A stretch of DNA of 17,371 bases from Candidatus Methylomirabilia bacterium (GTDB taxonomy: Bacteria > Methylomirabilota > Methylomirabilia > Rokubacteriales > CSP1-6), in the NCBI GenBank assembly GCA_041496385.1, contig JBGQEL010000090.1, positions 1 through 17,371 of the forward strand. Reading direction: 5' to 3'. The position numbers were made by a program, and so were the translations under genes. Of this stretch, positions 7,377 through 14,218 are shown piece after piece. The notes beneath the pieces are model-generated. The model was not told the origin of the DNA. It worked only from the letters and a program-made list of their open reading frames with translations, and did no database searches. Position 1 is the stretch's first letter. Each line of letters opens with the position of its first letter.

Positions 7377-8590
7377 CGTCTCCGTCGGCCGCGGACGTGG
7401 TGATCCTCGGTGGCGGGCTGTCGAAGTTCGCCGCCGAGCGCCCGGACGGCACGCCGATCGACTGGATCGTGGAGGCCACGCAGGCGGCGCTTGCCGATGC
7501 GGGCGTCGAGCTGGTGACCATCGAGCACTCGATCGTCGCCTACGAGAGCGAGATCATCGCCCGCCAGCTGACGATGGGCCAGGTGGTGCAGGACGCCCTC
7601 GGCCTCTGTCCCAAGCCGAGCGTGCGGGTCGAGGCGGGCGGGGGCACGGGCGGCGCGGCACTGCGCACGGCCTTTGCCTACGTACGGGCGGGTCTCTGCG
7701 AGTCGATGCTCGTCGTCGGCGCGGACGCGGTGGGCCGGCAGGTGCCGTCCACGACCGTGCGGCAGGTCTACGCCATGTCGGGCGACGTCGACTTCGAGAT
7801 GGCCGCCGGCGGCTTCTTCACGGCGTACTATGCGCTGATGATGCAGGAGCACATGCGCCGCTACGGAACGCGCGAGGAGCAGATGGCGCTCGTGTCGGTG
7901 AAGAACCACCGCAACGCCCGCTCCAATCCCATGGCCTGCATGCCGCTCGCGCTCACCGTCGACGACGTGCTGAAGTCTCCGCCGGTCGCGGCGCCCTACA
8001 AGCGTCTGGACTGCGCCGTCCTGGCCGACGGCGCCGCCGCGCTCGTCATCGCGACGCCGCGCTGGGCCCGAGAGCACGCCCGCGCCTGGCGCGACCGTGC
8101 GCGCATCTACTACACGGGCTCGGGCTGCGGCACCGACCGCATGCGTCTCGGCGACCGGCCCGGGCCGTACCCGGGCCTGGCCCACTTCCGGGCCAAGCGC
8201 GAGGCCGCCGCGATGGCCTACGCGATGGCGGGCGTGACGGATCCCCGGCGGGAGATCGACGTCGCGGAGGTGGCGGATCCCTACACCGGGGTCGAGCTCC
8301 AGTCGTACGAGGATCTCGGGTTCTGCGGCTACGGCGAGAGCGGTCTGCTCACCGAGCGCGGCGTGTTCGACCTCGGCGGCGAGCTGCCGACCAACACGTC
8401 GGGTGGCCTCATCGGCCAGGGCGCGCCGCCCGGGGCGATGGGCCTGGCGCAGGCGGTCGAGATCGTCCGCCAGCTGCGGGGTGAGTGCCCGCGCGAGCGT
8501 CAGGTCCCCGGCGCGCGCCGCGGGCTGACGGACATCCACGGCGGGACCGCGAGCTTCGCGGTCGTGTCGGTCTTCGAGCGACGGGATTGA
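7373..8590 (+). CDS. SCP2/SCP-x-type thiolase-fold protein lacking the canonical catalytic residues (possible aldolase or scaffold)
   Basis: VKNHRNARSNP, DCAVLADGAAA, IDVAEV, EDLGFC, NTSGGL and EIVRQLRGE..RQV motifs. GTG 7373 overlaps the DUF547 TGA. The nucleophile loop reads VEAGGGTG with no Cys. Confidence 0.88.
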   Translation: MTSPSAADVVILGGGLSKFAAERPDGTPIDWIVEATQAALADAGVELVTIEHSIVAYESEIIARQLTMGQVVQDALGLCPKPSVRVEAGGGTGGAALRTAFAYVRAGLCESMLVVGADAVGRQVPSTTVRQVYAMSGDVDFEMAAGGFFTAYYALMMQEHMRRYGTREEQMALVSVKNHRNARSNPMACMPLALTVDDVLKSPPVAAPYKRLDCAVLADGAAALVIATPRWAREHARAWRDRARIYYTGSGCGTDRMRLGDRPGPYPGLAHFRAKREAAAMAYAMAGVTDPRREIDVAEVADPYTGVELQSYEDLGFCGYGESGLLTERGVFDLGGELPTNTSGGLIGQGAPPGAMGLAQAVEIVRQLRGECPRERQVPGARRGLTDIHGGTASFAVVSVFERRD

Positions 8591-9138
8591 GCACGACGGG
8601 TGACCGGCCGCTCGACGCCGGGCGCGTCGGCGCCAAGCTCAGGGAGCTGACGGCGGTCGACCCCCTCGGGCGCGGCGGCCAGGAGGATCCGTGGCGCGAG
8701 TTCCGGAGAGTGGAGATCATCGACCTGCAGCTGAGCTTCCGCTTCCGTCACTCGCTCGGCAAATACTCGCGCTTCTTCCTCGATCTCGAGCAGCGCCGTC
8801 TGATGGCGACGCGCTGCCCGCGCTGCGGAACGGTATGGATGCCGCCCCGTCCAGCCTGCGGCAACGACCTCACCGTCACGGAGTGGGTGGAGCTGCCGGG
8901 GCGCGGCACGCTGGCGGCGGCGACCGAGTGTGCGTACACGCTGACGACCGGCGGCGGCGCCGGCCATCTGGTCCTCGGCTACGTCGCCCTCGAGGGCGCC
9001 TCGACGCTCCTGCTCCAGCAGATCCGGAACTACGGCGACGCCCGCCGTCTCACTCCAGGGTTGCCCATGCGGGTGGCGTGGGCCGACGCGCGCGTGGAGC
9101 ATCCCATGGAGCTCTTCTGGTTTGAACCGGCCCGCTGA
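8587..9138 (+). CDS. DUF35/ChsH2-like Zn-ribbon + OB-fold protein (thiolase partner)
   Basis: RLMATRCPRCGTVWMPPRPACGND, EWVELPGRGTL, GYVALEG and GLPMRVAW. It directly follows the thiolase-fold gene. TTG 8587 is inferred from the TTGA overlap, so the start is uncertain. Confidence 0.85.
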   Translation: MSTTGDRPLDAGRVGAKLRELTAVDPLGRGGQEDPWREFRRVEIIDLQLSFRFRHSLGKYSRFFLDLEQRRLMATRCPRCGTVWMPPRPACGNDLTVTEWVELPGRGTLAAATECAYTLTTGGGAGHLVLGYVALEGASTLLLQQIRNYGDARRLTPGLPMRVAWADARVEHPMELFWFEPAR

Positions 9139-11218
9139 GCCGACGACCGGCGCGCGTCTCGCGCGCGTGCGAGATGCCGAGCGCGTGTTCGGCGTCTGCT
9201 ACGTGTGTCCCTTCACCTGTCCGACCGAGGTCTTCACCCGCGACGACGAGGTGCTCTACGTCCGCGGCAACCCCGACGCCACGACACTCGGCTCACGCTG
9301 CGTCAAGGGGGAGGCCAGCGCGCACCTCGCGCGCGACGACACCCGCCTGAAGCACCCGCTGCGCCGCACACGCTCCGGCGGCTACGAGCGCGTGTCGTGG
9401 GACGAGGCGTTCGAGATCGTGGCGGAGGCGCTGACCCGGATCAAGGCGACCTGGGGCGCCGAGTCGGTGGTGTACCTCTGGCACATCGACGCCAACGGCG
9501 TCTTCGCGCAGGTGTTCATGCGCGACTGCTACGGCACCCCGAACTACTACGGCCACACCTCCGCGTGCGAGCAGGACCGGCGGCTGGCCGCCCTGACGGT
9601 CTTCGGCCACCCGTTCCCGGTCCACGACTACGAGCACGCACGCTACGTGATGCTGCTCGGTATCAACATGCTGGGCGCCAACCAGAACCTCTACGAGAGC
9701 CGAGGCCTCGTCGACGCACTCGCGGCCGGTGCCCGGCTGGTCGTCGTCGACCCGGCGCTGACGACGACGGCGGCGAAGGCCCACGAGTGGGTGCCCATCG
9801 CCCCGGGCACCGACGGCGCCCTGCTGCTCGGCATGGCGCACACCATCGTCGCGGAGCGGCTCTACGACGAGCCCTTCTGCCGGCAATGGACGCACGGGTT
9901 CGACGCGTTCTGCCAGCACGTGCTCGAGCGACGCTATACACCGGAGTGGGCCGAAGGCATCACGACGATCCCGGCCGCGACGATCCGCCGGCTGGCCCGG
10001 GAGTTCGCGACGACACGACCGGCGTTGATGGAAACATTCAAGGGGCTCGGCAACTACACCAACGGCCTCGACGCCTCGCGGCTCGTCTACATCCTCGACG
10101 CGCTCACGGGCAACGTCGACGGCCCCGGCAACCTGATCCTCAAGGAGTGGGCGCCCCTGCGCCCGCCCGTCCGGGTGCCGAAGGAGCGCCGGGCCGCGAT
10201 CGCGCGCCCGCCGCTCCACGTCGCGATGGGCTACCCGCTGGCGCCGGATCTGCCGACCTCGCTCCTGCCCGACGCCGTCCTGCACGGGCGTCCCTACCCG
10301 GTCAAGGCCATGTTCTTCCAGTGTACGAACCCGTTGATGAGCGAGCCGAATACGGAACGCTACCGGCAGATGCTGCGGGGGCTCGAGTTCTCGGTGGCGA
10401 TCGACACCTACCTGAGCGAAACGGCCGCCGAGTGCGCGCTGGTCCTGCCGGAGGCGTCATTCTACGAGCGTGCCGAGGTACGGCAGGGCCTCGCCCTGTC
10501 CGGCGAGGCGCTCCTCTGCATGCCGGCCGTGCCACCGCTCGGTGAGTCCAGGCCGCTCTACGAGATCATCCGGGGCATCGCGGAGCGGATGGGGTACGGC
10601 GACCTGTTCCAGTGGGGAAGCTGGGAAGAATGGGCGCGGCGAGTGGTCGCCGACCTGCCGGTCACGCTCGAGGACCTCAAGGCGCGCGGCTTCTGGCAAG
10701 CCCCGCTGCGCTATCGGAAGTTCGAGGGCGGGCTCCCGACCCCGTCGGGCAAGATCGAGCTCTACGCCGAGTCGTTCGTGAAGCACGGCGCGAACGCGCT
10801 TCCCGAGTACCGGGAGCGCGCCGTCATCCCGGACGCCGACTACCCCTTTCAGCTCATCAACACGAAACTCGAGACGCACTGCAACCTGACCACGCAGGAG
10901 AGCCCCCTGCTGCTCCGGATCGCCCCCGAGAACTGGGCGGAGCTGAACTCCGAGGACGCGCGCCGGCTGGGCATCGCGGATGGGGACCGCATCGAGCTCG
11001 TCTCGCCGCTCGGCCGGGTCGAGATCCTGGCCCGCGTGCGGCCGGGCATTCGGCCGGGCGTCGTCAGCGTCCGGCACGGCCACGGGTTCGGGCACTGGCA
11101 GGGACGCAGCCGGGGCCGCGGCACCCACATCAACCCGATCCTCTCCGGGATCGTGAACCCGATCTCCGGCGGCATCGGCTTCAACGAGTGCAAGGTGCGC
11201 GTCCGCCGGATCGGCTGA
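9122..11218 (+). CDS. Mo/W-bis-PGD oxidoreductase catalytic subunit (PsrA/PhsA-like), no Tat signal
   Basis: N-terminal [4Fe-4S] motif CYVCPFTC...C (9197-9301), RLKHPL..RVSWDEA, GHTSAC (probable Cys Mo ligand at 9566-9568), PGTDGAL, VLPEASFYER, PTPSGKIEL and C-terminal HGFGH. Start is TTG 9122 (GGAG at 9108-9111) or slightly downstream. Confidence 0.9.
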   Translation: MNRPAEPTTGARLARVRDAERVFGVCYVCPFTCPTEVFTRDDEVLYVRGNPDATTLGSRCVKGEASAHLARDDTRLKHPLRRTRSGGYERVSWDEAFEIVAEALTRIKATWGAESVVYLWHIDANGVFAQVFMRDCYGTPNYYGHTSACEQDRRLAALTVFGHPFPVHDYEHARYVMLLGINMLGANQNLYESRGLVDALAAGARLVVVDPALTTTAAKAHEWVPIAPGTDGALLLGMAHTIVAERLYDEPFCRQWTHGFDAFCQHVLERRYTPEWAEGITTIPAATIRRLAREFATTRPALMETFKGLGNYTNGLDASRLVYILDALTGNVDGPGNLILKEWAPLRPPVRVPKERRAAIARPPLHVAMGYPLAPDLPTSLLPDAVLHGRPYPVKAMFFQCTNPLMSEPNTERYRQMLRGLEFSVAIDTYLSETAAECALVLPEASFYERAEVRQGLALSGEALLCMPAVPPLGESRPLYEIIRGIAERMGYGDLFQWGSWEEWARRVVADLPVTLEDLKARGFWQAPLRYRKFEGGLPTPSGKIELYAESFVKHGANALPEYRERAVIPDADYPFQLINTKLETHCNLTTQESPLLLRIAPENWAELNSEDARRLGIADGDRIELVSPLGRVEILARVRPGIRPGVVSVRHGHGFGHWQGRSRGRGTHINPILSGIVNPISGGIGFNECKVRVRRIG

Positions 11219-11220
11219 TC

Positions 11221-12522
11221 TCAGCCGAGCATGCGGGACGGCAGCCACGTCGAGAGCGACGGAAACGCGATGAGCACCGCGAGGATCACCAGCTCGATCA
11301 CGATGTAGGGCCAGATCCCGCGGATCAGGTCGCCGAGCGTCACCAGGCCCTTGCCGGCGGCCGCCACGGCGAACAGATTGAGACCGACGGGCGGCGTCAT
11401 CGTCGCGATCTCCACGAGCTTGACCAGCAGAATTCCGAACCAGATGCCGTCGATACCAGCCTGCTTGATCACGGGGTACACGAACGGCAGCGTCACGATC
11501 ATCATCGACGTCGTGTCGATGAGGCAGCCGAGCACGAGGTACATCAGCGAGAAGAGCAGAATGATCCCGAGCGGGGAGCGCGTGAGCCCGAGGACCAGCG
11601 GGCCGAACGCGTCGATGAAGCCGACCAGCACGAGAAACCGGGAGAACAACAGGCCTCCGATGATGATCGTGAAGATCACGCAGGTGATGGTCGCCGACGC
11701 GCGCGTCGCTTCCCACAGGCCGCGCCAGCCGAGCTTTCTCCGGGCCACGGCCACGATCAGGGTGCCGAAGGCGCCGGCCGCGCCGGCGCCGGAGGGCGGG
11801 AAGATCCCGAGATAGAGGCCACCCATCACGACGCCGAACAGGAGGATGAGCACCCAGAGGCCTCGGAGCGCGGTGAAGCGCTCGCGCCACGACACCGTGA
11901 ACCGGGCGGGCGGGCCCACCTCGGGGCGGAACCTCACGGCGATCACGACGGCCACGGCGTAGAACGCCGCCGAGAGGATGCCGGGGACGATCCCGGCGAT
12001 GAGCATCCGTCCGATCGAGACCTCGGTGATGATGCCGTAGATCACCATGGTGATCGAGGGCGGAATCATCGCGGCGAAGCTGCCGGTCGCGACCATGCAC
12101 GCCCCCGCGTAGGTCTTGGGGTAGCCGTAGCGCAACATCTGGGGGAGCGCGGTCCGGGTGAAGACCGTTGCGTCGACGACGGTCGAGCCGGAGATGCCGC
12201 CGAAGGCGGCCTGACCGACGATCGTGGTCAGGTACATGCCGCCCCGCATCCGGCCGAACCACTTGTAGGCGACGTCGTAGATCTCCTCGGCGATCCCGGC
12301 GGTGACGGCCAGGCTTCCCATGAGGATGAACATCGGCATCACGGCGAAGCCGTACTCGGCGGTCAGGTTGTAGGGCAGGGTCTGGAACTGGGTGAGGGCC
12401 GTTTGTAGGTTTACCGCCAGCGCCATGCCGGTGAAGCCGACGGCGGCCATGGCGACGCCGACCGGGACGCCGAGCGTCAGGAGCACCAGCATCGCGCCAA
12501 TGGCGATCGAGCCGAGGATCAT
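11221..12522 (-). CDS. dctM: TRAP transporter large permease
   Basis: Highly hydrophobic 433-aa protein with AVMPMFILMG, GGISGS, MIPPSITMVIYG, SIGRMLIAGIVPG and TPPVGLNLF motifs. Confidence 0.95.
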   Translation of the reverse strand: MILGSIAIGAMLVLLTLGVPVGVAMAAVGFTGMALAVNLQTALTQFQTLPYNLTAEYGFAVMPMFILMGSLAVTAGIAEEIYDVAYKWFGRMRGGMYLTTIVGQAAFGGISGSTVVDATVFTRTALPQMLRYGYPKTYAGACMVATGSFAAMIPPSITMVIYGIITEVSIGRMLIAGIVPGILSAAFYAVAVVIAVRFRPEVGPPARFTVSWRERFTALRGLWVLILLFGVVMGGLYLGIFPPSGAGAAGAFGTLIVAVARRKLGWRGLWEATRASATITCVIFTIIIGGLLFSRFLVLVGFIDAFGPLVLGLTRSPLGIILLFSLMYLVLGCLIDTTSMMIVTLPFVYPVIKQAGIDGIWFGILLVKLVEIATMTPPVGLNLFAVAAAGKGLVTLGDLIRGIWPYIVIELVILAVLIAFPSLSTWLPSRMLG

Positions 12523-12525
12523 GGC

Positions 12526-13029
12526 TCAGACCGGCGGCAGGACCGTGCCGGCGTCGTGGCCGTCCCGGGCCGTGCCGACCATGCCGACGAGCGTCTGGAG
12601 CACCATCAGCGTGGCGCCGACGGCGAGCGCGAGCTTGGAGGGATACACGGGGAACGGGATGATCCCGGAGGCGTACTCGCGGATGGCCAGGCTGCGGAGG
12701 CCGAGGATCCAGCCACGCCAGGCGATGACGGCGAAGACGCCGAGCGTGAGCGCCTGCGCCAGCAGGCCGAGGGCGCGGCGCGCGCCGGGCCCCAGACGCT
12801 CGACCACGAGGTCCACGGCGATGTGCTGGTGAGAGGCCTGGGCGTGGGCCAGGGCGAGAAAGACCGTGAGGACGAGCAGCGCCTCGGTCGCCTCGTAGGC
12901 GCCCGGCACCGGCTGGCTGAAGAACTTCGTCCCGATGATGTCGATGGCGCCCAGGAGCATCATCGCGAGCAGGCTCGCCCCGGCGAGCCCCATGCCGAGC
13001 GCGCCGAGGCGAGCGACGAGCCGGGCCAT
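12526..13029 (-). CDS. dctQ: TRAP transporter small permease
   Basis: 167 aa with about 4 TM segments, PVPGAYE and HIAVDLV motifs. Lies between dctP and dctM. Confidence 0.92.
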   Translation of the reverse strand: MARLVARLGALGMGLAGASLLAMMLLGAIDIIGTKFFSQPVPGAYEATEALLVLTVFLALAHAQASHQHIAVDLVVERLGPGARRALGLLAQALTLGVFAVIAWRGWILGLRSLAIREYASGIIPFPVYPSKLALAVGATLMVLQTLVGMVGTARDGHDAGTVLPPV

Positions 13030-13033
13030 CGGG

Positions 13034-14065
13034 CTACTTGTACTTCTCGCGCAGCTCCTTCCAGATGGCGACGGTCTGGCGGGCGGCCGCGCCCTTGCCC
13101 AGCGAGTCCATCTTCGCGATCCAGTCGGCGAAGAAATCGGGGCTGGCCTGGATCCACCGCTGCCGCTCCGACTCCGGGAACTTGATGAACTCCACGCCGT
13201 TTTGGGCCAGGAACGTCCTCGCCTTCTGTTCGGCGTCGGCGACCGCCTGCAGATCCTTCTGGTTCGCCTCCTCGGCGACGGCGGCGACGATCTTCCGCTG
13301 GGCCTCGGTGAGCGCGTCCCACTTCTTGACGTTCATCCACACGCCCCAGGTCGGTCCCTGCCAGACGGTCACCTCGGTGATGAACTTGGCGACCTCGTAG
13401 GTCTTGTAGTTCTGGATCCAGTCGACGGCGAAGGGCGCGCAATCGATGACGCCGCGCTGGAGGTTCTCGTAGAGCTCAGGCAAGAAGAGCGTCACGGGCG
13501 TCGCGCCCGCCGCCTTCATGAGCCGGGGCATATCCTCACCCCAGGTACGAATCTTCCTGCCCTTGAGATCGGCGAAGCTCCGGACCGGCTCCTTGCAGAT
13601 CAGCATGTAGGCGTTCAGGTGGTGGAAGAAGAGCGGCTTGAGCCCGTTGGCCCGCGCTTCCTGCTGGAAGGCGGGAACCTTTTCCAGGAACGCCTTGATG
13701 ATGAGGTCGGCCTGGGTGAGGTTGTCCATGGCCATCGGCAGTGAGTTCGGCGCGGTGAAGAAGGGCAATTCGCTGGGGAAGTACGAGGGCGACATCGCGA
13801 CCAGGTCGACCGCGCCATCCTTCACGAGCTGCAGATTCTCCTTCGCCTTTCCGAGGGCCTCCGACCAGAACACCTTGATCTGGATCTCGTTGCCGGTGCG
13901 CCGTGCGACCTCGTCGGCGAACCACTGGTCGATCTGCGATCCGACCGTGTTCGCCGCCATCTGGTGGTTGAGCTTGAGCTGCATCGCCGCGCCCGCGCCG
14001 CCCGACAGCAGCGACGGTGCAGCCAGGGCGATCACCGCGATCGTCATGAGGATGGAGCGACGCAT
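13034..14065 (-). CDS. dctP: TRAP transporter substrate-binding protein
   Basis: Sec signal MRRSILMTIAVIALAAPSLLSGGAGA, DLKGRKIR (conserved Arg) and ELYENLQRGVID. ATG 14065 has GGAGG 7 nt upstream. The ORF-track start at 14119 is too far upstream. Confidence 0.93.
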   Translation of the reverse strand: MRRSILMTIAVIALAAPSLLSGGAGAAMQLKLNHQMAANTVGSQIDQWFADEVARRTGNEIQIKVFWSEALGKAKENLQLVKDGAVDLVAMSPSYFPSELPFFTAPNSLPMAMDNLTQADLIIKAFLEKVPAFQQEARANGLKPLFFHHLNAYMLICKEPVRSFADLKGRKIRTWGEDMPRLMKAAGATPVTLFLPELYENLQRGVIDCAPFAVDWIQNYKTYEVAKFITEVTVWQGPTWGVWMNVKKWDALTEAQRKIVAAVAEEANQKDLQAVADAEQKARTFLAQNGVEFIKFPESERQRWIQASPDFFADWIAKMDSLGKGAAARQTVAIWKELREKYK

Positions 14066-14090
14066 CGTGACGCCTCCTCTTCTGTGGGTA

Positions 14091-14123
14091 CGCGCATATC
14101 CAAGTGCCATTCCGCGCATATCC
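14091..14123. promoter_or_regulatory. 11-bp direct repeat, candidate regulator binding site in the divergent promoter region
   Basis: CGCGCATATCC occurs at 14091-14101 and 14113-14123, a 22-bp period, in the 153-bp gap between dctP and the acyl-CoA synthetase. Confidence 0.5.
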
Positions 14124-14218
14124 CGTGGGCCCTAGTTATCGTGAAGGATGGTCGGAAGGTCAAGTCAAAAGCACCAAGGGCTGGCCCGGCGAGCGGCGCG
14201 GGTGTAGGGTAGCCGCCC

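Noticed and set aside
2161..9138. Assigning bbsA-H gene symbols (anaerobic toluene pathway)
   Set aside because: There are no bbsCD or bss genes in the window, the thiolase lacks its catalytic Cys, and the crotonase residues differ. Only family-level resemblance is supportable.
12520..12528. dctQ and dctM are in frame, separated only by TGA-GCC (possible split DctQM fusion)
   Set aside because: Both genes are of normal stand-alone length with their own ATG, and there is no extra linker helix as seen in fused DctQM proteins.
14094..14109. Sigma54-like TGGCAC...TGC on the minus strand upstream of dctP
   Set aside because: The sequence TGGCACTTGGATATGC gives GG-N11-GC, whereas sigma54 promoters require GG-N10-GC.
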